NCBI GenBank assembly: GCA_046760105.1
Contig: JBHIDJ010000007.1
Coordinates: 5,111 to 69,110, forward strand
DNA from: Acidiferrobacterales bacterium
GTDB taxonomy: Bacteria; Pseudomonadota; Gammaproteobacteria; Acidiferrobacterales; SPGG2
DNA length: 64,000 nt
Reading direction: 5' to 3'
Shown: positions 1 to 7,743 of the stretch, piece after piece
Numbering within the stretch: the stretch's first letter is position 1
How the letters are laid out: every line of letters starts with the position of its first letter
Translations under genes and position numbers: made by a program
The notes under the pieces: generated by a model
Told to the model about the DNA's origin: nothing
Databases searched by the model: none
What the model saw: only the letters and a program-made list of their open reading frames with translations

Positions 1-1
1 A

Positions 2-907
2 GCGACCGTCGAGTGGACGCGTCCAGTCGGTGAGCCCTTACGCATCGCACTTGTCCAGGCCAACGTGCCGTTGACGATCAAGTGGCTTCCCAATCACCGC
101 CGCAGCATTCTGGAGCGCTATCTTAAGCTGAGTGCAAAGGCGGCGGACGCCGATCTTGTGATCTGGCCGGAGGCGGCGATGCCGACCTATCTAGATGAGC
201 TCGACCCAGCCTTTCTTGCGCGGCTTCGGCGCCAGGCAGGTGACCACGGCCGCGATTTCCTGATTGGGGTGGTCGAGCGGGACAAGGCAAACAGCGCCTA
301 CTACAACAGTGTAATTAGTATCAGCTCTCACCCCGGCATTTACCGTAAGCAACACCTCGTACCCTTGGGTGAGTTCCTGCCCCTAAAGAGCATAATGAGT
401 TGGTTGCTCGATTATTTGCATATTCCTATGTCCGATTTCAGTGCGGGCACGTCCGATCAAGAACCGATGCAGGCGGCGGGACATGTCATCGGTATATCCA
501 TCTGCTACGAGGATGCGTTCGGGCAAGAAATCATCCGAGCGTTGCCGGTGGCAACGTTGTTAGTGAACGTGAGCGAAGATGCCTGGTTCGGCAAATCCCT
601 CGCCCCCCACCAACGTCTGCAGATGGCACGTATGCGCGCAATCGAGACCGGTCGTCCGATGTTGCGCGCCGCCAATACCGGTTTGTCGGCCGTCATTGAC
701 GCGAGTGGTCAGGTGGTGGCACGTTCACCGCAGTTTCAGGCCTTCGTGCTGAATGGGGACGTACAGCCCATGCAGGGGACGACGCCTTACGCACGATTCG
801 GGAACTGGCCGATCGTTTTGATAAGCCTGCTATTGGTCACCGTGTATGCGGCCAGTCGAACGGGGCTTTCTCGAATAAAAGGCAGTAACGATCCTGCGGT
901 AGGATAG
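2..907 (+). CDS. lnt: Apolipoprotein N-acyltransferase, C-terminal CN-hydrolase half (5' end outside window)
   Basis: The frame is open from nt 2. The translation ...PLRIALVQANVPLTIKW...DLVIWPEAA...GISICYEDAFG...NVSEDAWFG shows the nitrilase-superfamily Glu/Lys/Cys contexts typical of Lnt. A hydrophobic C-terminal helix follows. Confidence 0.85.
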   Translation, partial: ATVEWTRPVGEPLRIALVQANVPLTIKWLPNHRRSILERYLKLSAKAADADLVIWPEAAMPTYLDELDPAFLARLRRQAGDHGRDFLIGVVERDKANSAYYNSVISISSHPGIYRKQHLVPLGEFLPLKSIMSWLLDYLHIPMSDFSAGTSDQEPMQAAGHVIGISICYEDAFGQEIIRALPVATLLVNVSEDAWFGKSLAPHQRLQMARMRAIETGRPMLRAANTGLSAVIDASGQVVARSPQFQAFVLNGDVQPMQGTTPYARFGNWPIVLISLLLVTVYAASRTGLSRIKGSNDPAVG

Positions 908-1058
908 CAAGTTGGAAATAGCCAGTTACGAGTGGCAAGTTTGAAGTGACAAGTAGAAAGCGATAAGTCATCTATGAAACGCTGCTGTCGACACACATGG
1001 CCGAACGGGTGGCATGCAGTCATCTTGCTACTTGTTACTTGCTACTTGCCACTATCTT
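905..1058. repeat. Heptad-periodic inverted repeat (CAAG/CTTG family), long-loop copy spanning the lnt stop and lptE start
   Basis: Left arm 905-970 is about 9 degenerate tandem 7-mers (aagttgg aaatagc cagttac gagtggc aagtttg aagtgac aagtaga ...). Right arm 1024-1058 is cttgcta cttgtta cttgcta cttgcca ctatctt. Segment 931-960 is complementary to 1024-1053 at 25 of 30 positions by hand alignment. Confidence 0.7.
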
Positions 1059-1525
1059 TATTGAGTTGTGGATTTCACCTCCGCGGTCAGGGTGGCGCCA
1101 CGTTGCCTGATGATCTGATGACCCTACGCGTGCGAGTGGTTAGCAGCAGAGTTCCCGGTAGTTCATTACAAACGGAGCTGCAACAAGCCTTGGTCGCGCG
1201 AGCGGGTGTGACACTTGCGGTCGATGATAATGGCTCCGCACCGACCCTGAACATTTATAGCGAGCAGTCCGACAGTCGAGCCGTTTCCGTAGACGTAGAC
1301 GTGAAAGTCAGTGAGTTTCTACTGCGATACCAGGTGATATTTGGCGTTACAGACGCCGCCGGCAAGGAACTTGTAGATCGACAGACCATTACCTTGCAGC
1401 GACCTTTCACCTTTGACAAGCTGAACGTGTTGGCTAAGGAGCGGGAAGAACAGGAGCTTCGAAACCAGATGCGCCAAGAGGTGGTGCAGGCAATCATCCG
1501 TCGTCTGGCCTCGGGTGCCAGTTGA
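974..1525 (+). CDS. lptE: LPS-assembly lipoprotein LptE
   Basis: 183-aa ORF. The signal peptide ends in a lipobox, LLS-CGFHLRG, which resembles the mature LptE N-terminus CGWHLR. It lies directly upstream of holA, matching the conserved lptE-holA pair. Confidence 0.75.
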   Translation: MKRCCRHTWPNGWHAVILLLVTCYLPLSLLSCGFHLRGQGGATLPDDLMTLRVRVVSSRVPGSSLQTELQQALVARAGVTLAVDDNGSAPTLNIYSEQSDSRAVSVDVDVKVSEFLLRYQVIFGVTDAAGKELVDRQTITLQRPFTFDKLNVLAKEREEQELRNQMRQEVVQAIIRRLASGAS

Positions 1526-1545
1526 CCGACTCTCAAAAACGGGGT

Positions 1546-2586
1546 ATGCGACTCAACGCCAATCAACTTCAGAGTCATTTGCAAAGGAACCTCGCGCCTA
1601 TGTATCTCGTGGGTGGCGACGAACCCTTGCTTGTGGACGAGTGCTGTGCTGCTGTTCGGGCCGTGGCACACGCACGCGGCTTTGAAGAGCGCACGGTATT
1701 GACCGTGGAATCTGGGTTTGATTGGAACAGTCTCCTTGCTTCCACACATTCCCTGTCGCTGTTTTCGTCCCGACGCTTGATTGAGTTACGCGTGCCGAGT
1801 GTGAAGATGGCGGATAGGGGCGCAGACGTTTTGGTGCAAATTGCCGATCGAGCTCCGCAAGACACCCTGCTACTGGTCAGCAGCGGCAGATTAGATAAGC
1901 GGGCGCAGGCGAGTCCTTGGGTCAAGGCGATTGAACGCACCGGGGTCGTGGTCATCGTGTATCCCCTGGATGCGCGTGATCTGCCAGGCTGGATCGCTCG
2001 TCGTATGCGTAGCCGTGGGCTTACCCCCGAGGAGGGGGTTCCGGCGCTGCTCGGCTATCACTTCGAGGGCAACCTCCTCGGGGCGGCACAGGAAATTGAC
2101 AAGCTCGCAGTGCTGTTGGGGCAGGCGACCGTCAGCGCGGATGACATGCGCGATAATCTCAGCGACAATGCACGTTTCGACGTTTTCAAGCTGGCAGACG
2201 CCTGCGTTCGAGGGGACGCGGGGGCAGTAACCCGCATGCTTGCCAGCTTGCGCGCTGAAGGCACGGAACCGATCCTAATTTTGCGCGTGCTGGCGCGCGA
2301 GGCGCGGAGTCTTGCGGGAGTTGCCAGGCGTCTCGCGCGCGGCGAGCGCGAGGCGGTCGTGTTTGAAGCCCATAACATCTGGCCGCGGCGGCGGTCGCTG
2401 GTCAGGCAGGCCGTGAAACAACGTCCACCCAATTGGTGGTTGGAGATACTGCAGCGTGCGAGCCAGGTGGATAAGGTTCTGAAGGGCCAGCGCGCCGGCG
2501 ACACGTGGCAGCAATTGCAGTGTTTGGCGCTCGCAATGTGTGGGAGTCAGGTAAGCACTTGCAGAACGCTTGGAGAGAAGACGTAG
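1546..2586 (+). CDS. holA: DNA polymerase III delta subunit
   Basis: ORF 1522-2586. ATG 1546 gives MRLNANQLQSHLQRNLAPMYLVGGDEPLL, a delta-subunit N-terminal pattern. TTG 1522, which overlaps the lptE stop, is an alternative start. Confidence 0.85.
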   Translation: MRLNANQLQSHLQRNLAPMYLVGGDEPLLVDECCAAVRAVAHARGFEERTVLTVESGFDWNSLLASTHSLSLFSSRRLIELRVPSVKMADRGADVLVQIADRAPQDTLLLVSSGRLDKRAQASPWVKAIERTGVVVIVYPLDARDLPGWIARRMRSRGLTPEEGVPALLGYHFEGNLLGAAQEIDKLAVLLGQATVSADDMRDNLSDNARFDVFKLADACVRGDAGAVTRMLASLRAEGTEPILILRVLAREARSLAGVARRLARGEREAVVFEAHNIWPRRRSLVRQAVKQRPPNWWLEILQRASQVDKVLKGQRAGDTWQQLQCLALAMCGSQVSTCRTLGEKT

Positions 2587-2613
2587 CGCTGAGTGGATAA
2601 CTAGCAAGTTGTA

Positions 2614-3900
2614 ATGGTGACAGTTTCTAAAAAGGCGTTAAGCCCAGGCATCGAGACTTATATGGCCGATCTCGGACGGCGTGCGCGCAAGGCTGCGCGC
2701 GTGTTGGCTCGGGTTGAGCGCGGTGTCAAGGATGCGGCCTTACTGGCGGCTGCCAGCGCGATTGAGCGCGAGGTAGAGTCGCTACTTGTCGCCAACAAGC
2801 AAGACCTGGCAGCCGCCGAGACTCATGGTCTCAATGCGGCACTACTGGACCGCTTAGCGCTTAACGCAACGCGTGTTAAGGCCATGGCCGGCGGTTTGCG
2901 TGAGATCGCAGCGCTGGCAGACCCAGTGGGGAGCATCACCGATTTAAACTACCGTCCATCGGGCATCCAGGTCGGACGCATGCGGGTGCCCTTGGGGGTG
3001 ATCGGTATCGTCTATGAGTCGCGGCCCAACGTGACAGCGGACGCCGCCGGTCTCTGTCTGAAATCAGGCAATGCAACAATCTTGCGTGGTGGCTCCGAGG
3101 CTATTCATACGAATGGCGCCATCGCCGCCTGTCTACGTACCGGCTTGGCTTCGACCGGCTTGCCCACTGACAGTGTGCAGCTGGTCGAAGTAACAGACCG
3201 GGCGGCAGTGGGTGAGCTTATCCGCATGCAGGCATACGTCGATGTCGTCGTGCCGCGGGGCGGTAAGGGGCTGATTGAGCGCGTAGGTCGAGAGGCGCTC
3301 GTTCCTGTGATCAAACACCTGGATGGTGTGTGTCATGTTTATGTCGATGACAGAGCCGATGTCGACAAGGCGATTGAGATCGCGTTTAATGCCAAGACCC
3401 AACGTTACGGTACTTGCAACACGATGGAGACGTTATTAGTCGCGCGCGACATAGCGAAACGTGTGCTACCGCCGCTGGCTAAGCTATATCAACAGCAAGA
3501 TGTGGAATTGCGTGGCTGTGCAACCACCTGCAGTATCCTCTCAGGCATCGCAGCCGCCACGGAAGAGGACTGGAGCACTGAATATCTTGCGCCGATCCTG
3601 TCGATTCGCGTGGTCGATGGCATCCAGGAGGCGATCGACCATATAGAAATGTATGGCTCCCGACATACCGACTCGATCGTTACGGCAGACCTGAGTCGTG
3701 CGAGACGTTTTATTAAGGAAGTCGACTCCAGTTCGGTGATGGTCAATGCGTCCACGCGTTTTGCGGATGGCTATGAGTATGGTCTGGGCGCCGAGATTGG
3801 CATCAGTACCGACAAGCTTCACGCCCGTGGCCCAGTGGGCCTGGAAGGCCTAACGTCGCAAAAATTCATCGTGCTCGGCGATGGGCATATTAGAAAATAG
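2614..3900 (+). CDS. proA: Gamma-glutamyl phosphate reductase
   Basis: 428 aa. Motifs [25 protein letters not shown] and [32 protein letters not shown] are characteristic of ProA. An internal ATG at 2662 is an alternative start. Confidence 0.9.
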   Translation: MVTVSKKALSPGIETYMADLGRRARKAARVLARVERGVKDAALLAAASAIEREVESLLVANKQDLAAAETHGLNAALLDRLALNATRVKAMAGGLREIAALADPVGSITDLNYRPSGIQVGRMRVPLGVIGIVYESRPNVTADAAGLCLKSGNATILRGGSEAIHTNGAIAACLRTGLASTGLPTDSVQLVEVTDRAAVGELIRMQAYVDVVVPRGGKGLIERVGREALVPVIKHLDGVCHVYVDDRADVDKAIEIAFNAKTQRYGTCNTMETLLVARDIAKRVLPPLAKLYQQQDVELRGCATTCSILSGIAAATEEDWSTEYLAPILSIRVVDGIQEAIDHIEMYGSRHTDSIVTADLSRARRFIKEVDSSSVMVNASTRFADGYEYGLGAEIGISTDKLHARGPVGLEGLTSQKFIVLGDGHIRK

Positions 3901-3903
3901 ATA

Positions 3904-4041
3904 CAAGTTTCAAGATACAAGATACAAGTCACACATAAAGAAGCGTTTCCGACTGATAATATGCGGTACCCAGATGGCAGGAGGTCTACTTTCTTCGCGT
4001 CGCCGCTTTTTGTCTCGTATCTTGCCTCTTGTACCTTGCAT
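3904..4041. repeat. Heptad-periodic inverted repeat, CAAGATA variant, between proA and nadD
   Basis: Left arm is caagttt caagata caagata caagtca (3904-3931). Right arm is ctcgtat cttgcct cttgtac cttgcat (4014-4041). Hand alignment gives 20 of 25 complementary positions, with an 82-nt loop. Confidence 0.7.
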
Positions 4042-4052
4042 CTGCAGTTATC

Positions 4053-4694
4053 GTGATCGGCATCCTCGGCGGCACGTTTGATCCGATTCACTATGGGCAT
4101 TTACGCCCGGCGCAGCAAGTTCTTCGTGACGTCGGCCTTGATGAAGTCCGTGTGGTGCCGGCTGCCATTCCGCCTCACCGTATTACCCCGGTCGCATTGT
4201 GCCAGCATCGACTGCGCATGGTCGAGCTGGCGATGGTCGAATTCCCAGGCCTACGAGTGGACGACCGCGAAACGCGCATGGAGCAACCGTCTTACACCGT
4301 GCGAACGCTTGAGTCCATGCGCGCAGAATTTGGGGCGCGACCGCTTTATTTGCTCATGGGCGCGGATGCTTTCGATGGCCTCGAATCGTGGTATCGCTGG
4401 GAACAGCTTTTGGAGCTAGCGCATATTGTTGTTATGCAGCGCCCCGGTTGGCCGACGCTGAGCGCCAATACGGAATTGCCGGCGTGGGCAACCACGCACA
4501 TCTGCGGTGATAAAGTGAGGTTTTCTCAGCAAAGTGCTGGCTTCATTTTGTTTCAGAATGTCGATCCACAAGATATCTCCGCTTCACGCATCCGTTACAT
4601 GATCGCCAGCGGCGAGTCAGTCAAAGGACTAATGCCGAATTCGGTCTGGGATTACATTCGTAGCAACCAGCTTTACGGGTATAAAGACGGCTGA
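4053..4694 (+). CDS. nadD: Nicotinate-nucleotide adenylyltransferase
   Basis: GTG 4053 gives (M)IGILGGTFDPIHYGHL, the canonical HxGH N-terminus. ISASRIR occurs near the C-terminus. The ORF-track start TTG 4029 lies inside the repeat arm. The order nadD-rsfS-rlmH is conserved. Confidence 0.85.
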   Translation: MIGILGGTFDPIHYGHLRPAQQVLRDVGLDEVRVVPAAIPPHRITPVALCQHRLRMVELAMVEFPGLRVDDRETRMEQPSYTVRTLESMRAEFGARPLYLLMGADAFDGLESWYRWEQLLELAHIVVMQRPGWPTLSANTELPAWATTHICGDKVRFSQQSAGFILFQNVDPQDISASRIRYMIASGESVKGLMPNSVWDYIRSNQLYGYKDG

Positions 4695-5041
4695 TGCGAT
4701 CGCAGTCTTTGCTAAAGCTGGTCCGCGACATCTTGGCCGACGTTAAGGGTCAAGACTTACGCGTCCTCGATGTACGGAAAATTACAGATATAACGGACTA
4801 TATGGTCATTGTTAATGGGACCTCGGGCCGCCATGTTTTGTCCATGGCGGATAAATTAATTGAGAAAATGCGCGAACACCGGCGTAGACCAATGGGGATA
4901 GAAGGTGAGGATATCGGCGACTGGGTACTGGTCGATTTTGGTGACGTGGTTATCCACATAATGCGACCGCAAACGAGGGGCTTTTACAATCTGGAAAAGC
5001 TTTGGGGTGGGCACGAACAGTCAAATGCTCTAAAAATGTAA
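4694..5041 (+). CDS. rsfS: Ribosomal silencing factor RsfS
   Basis: 115 aa. DYMVIVNGTSGRHV and WVLVDFGDVVIHIM...FYNLEKLW fit the RsfS/DUF143 family. The start overlaps the nadD stop (ATGA-type junction). Confidence 0.85.
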   Translation: MRSQSLLKLVRDILADVKGQDLRVLDVRKITDITDYMVIVNGTSGRHVLSMADKLIEKMREHRRRPMGIEGEDIGDWVLVDFGDVVIHIMRPQTRGFYNLEKLWGGHEQSNALKM

Positions 5042-5113
5042 AGATATAGCTCCGACGACAGCTCGCAGACGTTAGCATAAGGTACACCCCGTTTAGCCGG
5101 ATGAGCTCACGCA

Positions 5114-5581
5114 ATGCAGATACATATTATCGCCGTTGGCCATCGCATGCCGGAGTGGGTTAAGGAGGCGTACAGTGAATACACGAAGCGCATGCCGGGG
5201 TCCTGTCGCCTGCGGCTTCACCAAATCCCGGCTCGCAAGCGGACCAAGGGTACTGATATCAAGCGTTTGTTGAGTGATGAGGGTGCGCGTATTTTGGCCG
5301 CTGTACCGGACGGGTGCCGGATCATCGCTTTGGAACGCAGCGGCCAGCCGATAGACACCGATCAGCTTGTTGCCAGGCTGCAGAGCTGGCTCCACGAGGG
5401 GCAGGACATTGCGTTGTTGATCGGCGGACCAGAAGGGTTGGCCGAATCGTGTCTTGCCGACGCCCATGAGCAGTGGTCGTTGTCGCGCCTCACACTTGCA
5501 CACCCGCTTGTACGCGTGTTGTTGGCGGAACAGTTTTACCGCGCCTGGAGCATTATCGACCGGCGGCCATATCATCGCTAG
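5114..5581 (+). CDS. rlmH: 23S rRNA (pseudouridine1915-N3)-methyltransferase
   Basis: 155 aa. The protein begins MQIHIIAVGHRMPEWV and ends LSRLTLAHPLVRVLLAEQFYRAWSI..RPYHR, as in SPOUT RlmH. Confidence 0.9.
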   Translation: MQIHIIAVGHRMPEWVKEAYSEYTKRMPGSCRLRLHQIPARKRTKGTDIKRLLSDEGARILAAVPDGCRIIALERSGQPIDTDQLVARLQSWLHEGQDIALLIGGPEGLAESCLADAHEQWSLSRLTLAHPLVRVLLAEQFYRAWSIIDRRPYHR

Positions 5582-5648
5582 CAAGTCGAATGCTACATTC
5601 CAACGAACGGCTTAGGATGCAAATCCTGGAACCTGGGATTCTTGGTTA

Positions 5649-6233
5649 GTGGAAAAGATCTATCTCGCCTCCGCTTCGTCGCGCCGCCAACAGCTGTTGC
5701 AACAGCTCGGAATCGACTTTGATGTGGTGGTGCCGGAGGTGTGTGAGCGGCAAGCGGCGAGCGAATCGCCAGCCGACTACGTGCGACGCATTGCTAGCGA
5801 AAAGGCACGACAGGTTTCAGGTGTGGTGGCGCGCCGAAGACTCCCGCAACGTCCCGTACTCGGTGCAGATACGTGCATAATTGTCGATGATCGGATTCTG
5901 GGCAAACCGCGGGATCGCGATGATGGGGAAACGATGCTCCGGCGCCTCTCGGGTCGTGAGCACAGTGTGTTAACGGCGGTGACGGTTCTATCTGCGGGGG
6001 CCGAGTATACTGCCCTTAGCACGAGCCGCGTGGACTTTCGCGCGATTACAGATCGCGAGATTGCGCAATATTGGGAGACCGGTGAGCCGACCGACAAGGC
6101 TGGTGCCTATGCATTGCAGGGGCGCGCCGCTGCCTTTGTCGCGAAGATCGACGGGAGTTATTCGGGTATTGTTGGGCTGCCGCTATATGAGGTAGCACAG
6201 TTACTGAAAAAGATTGGAATCGACCTGTTGTGA
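5649..6233 (+). CDS. maf: Maf-like nucleoside triphosphate pyrophosphatase
   Basis: 194 aa with a GTG start. LYLASASSRRQQLLQQLGI and DKAGAYALQG are Maf/YhdE motifs. It immediately precedes rng. Confidence 0.85.
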   Translation: MEKIYLASASSRRQQLLQQLGIDFDVVVPEVCERQAASESPADYVRRIASEKARQVSGVVARRRLPQRPVLGADTCIIVDDRILGKPRDRDDGETMLRRLSGREHSVLTAVTVLSAGAEYTALSTSRVDFRAITDREIAQYWETGEPTDKAGAYALQGRAAAFVAKIDGSYSGIVGLPLYEVAQLLKKIGIDLL

Positions 6234-7693
6234 GCGAAGAGATACTGATCAACGTCACGCCGCAGGAAACACGCGTAGCGGTCGTAGAGAACGGCGTGTT
6301 GCAAGAGCTTCACATCGAGCGCACACGCACCCGGGGTATTGTCGGGAACATCTATAAAGGGAGGGTGGTGAGAATACTTCCCGGCATGCAAGCTGCGTTC
6401 GTGGATATCGGTCTCGAACGCGCCGCCTTTTTGCATGCGACTGATTGTAGATCTGGCGCAAATGACGGGAGTAGCGGCGAAGAGCATGCGCCGATTCATG
6501 AATTGCTGCACGAGGGTGAGGAAATCATCGTACAGGTTGCCAAGGACCCATTGGGAAACAAAGGAGCACGCCTGACGATGAGCCTTACTTTGCCCGCGCG
6601 CTATCTGGTCTATATGCCGCTCACACAGCACATCGGAATCTCGCAGAAGATAGAAGATGAAAATGAACGTGAGCGCCTACGCGACCTTTTGAAGGCAGCG
6701 GCCGATAACGGCGCGGATGGTGGCTATATTCTGCGCACTATGGCAGAGACGGCGAGTGAGGAGGAGTTGAGGCATGACGTTCGCTACCTGCGCCGAGTCT
6801 GGTCTGCTGTGCAGAATCAAATGCGTGTGGTGCAACCGGGTATGTTGGTGCGCGCGGACTTGCCGTTGGCCATACGTGCTATGCGCGACCTGGTCAGGGA
6901 TAACGTAGAGAAGATCCGGATCGACTCGCGTGAAACGTTCCAGAAGGCGTACGAGTTTGCACACGAGTTCGTTCCTGAGGTGGAAACGTGTATTGAATAC
7001 TATCCTGGGGAACGGCCCATCTTTGATCTGTACTCGGTCGAAGACGAGATTCAGAAGGCACTGCAGCGCAAGGTTCCTCTCAAGTCAGGTGGTTACTTGA
7101 TTATCGACCAGACCGAGGCTATGACGACCATCGATGTCAATACTGGAGCATACGTTGGTCGTCGCACACTCGAAGAAACGCTGTTCAAAACGAATCTCGA
7201 GGCGGCCCAAGGGATTGCGCGACAGCTACGCCTGCGCAACATCGGCGGCATTATTATCATCGACTTTATCGACATGGCAGATGCCGAGCACCGGCGCCAA
7301 GTGGTGCGAGCTCTCGAGAAGGCGTTAGCGCGCGACCGAACCAAAGCCTATATTGTTGAAATGTCAGCTCTTGGTCTTGTTGAGCTCACGCGCAAGCGTA
7401 CGCGCGAAAGTCTGGAACGTGTGTTGTGTGAACCGTGCGCGGTGTGCGGCGGTCGCGGTGTGCTAAAAACACCGCAAACGGCATGCTACGAGGTTTTTCG
7501 GGAGATCTTGCGAGAAGCACGGCAGTTCGGAACCGACCAGTACCTGGTGCTCGCATCACAGGTAGTTATTGATATGTTGCTTGATGAGGAAGCGGATAGT
7601 CTTGCGAAGCTGCAGGAATTCATCGGCAAGCCCATTCATTTGCAGGTAGAACCGCTTTACCATCAGGAACAGTTCGATGTGGTATTAATGTAA
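6230..7693 (+). CDS. rng: Ribonuclease G
   Basis: 487 aa. The S1-domain N-terminus reads ILINVTPQETRVAVVENGVLQELHIER...GNIYKGRVVRILPGMQAAFVDIG. An RNase E/G catalytic core is present without a long C-terminal scaffold. Confidence 0.9.
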   Translation: MSEEILINVTPQETRVAVVENGVLQELHIERTRTRGIVGNIYKGRVVRILPGMQAAFVDIGLERAAFLHATDCRSGANDGSSGEEHAPIHELLHEGEEIIVQVAKDPLGNKGARLTMSLTLPARYLVYMPLTQHIGISQKIEDENERERLRDLLKAAADNGADGGYILRTMAETASEEELRHDVRYLRRVWSAVQNQMRVVQPGMLVRADLPLAIRAMRDLVRDNVEKIRIDSRETFQKAYEFAHEFVPEVETCIEYYPGERPIFDLYSVEDEIQKALQRKVPLKSGGYLIIDQTEAMTTIDVNTGAYVGRRTLEETLFKTNLEAAQGIARQLRLRNIGGIIIIDFIDMADAEHRRQVVRALEKALARDRTKAYIVEMSALGLVELTRKRTRESLERVLCEPCAVCGGRGVLKTPQTACYEVFREILREARQFGTDQYLVLASQVVIDMLLDEEADSLAKLQEFIGKPIHLQVEPLYHQEQFDVVLM

Positions 7694-7743
7694 TCGCTCG
7701 ATGCGTCATCGTCACACGCGACGGTGGCGGCACGGCGGCGGCT

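Noticed and set aside
905-1058. Heptad arrays as a CRISPR-like or minisatellite coding feature
   Set aside because: The units are contiguous 7-mers with no spacers. The arrays come in inverted pairs, and no cas genes are present. The pattern fits a REP-like palindrome, not CRISPR.
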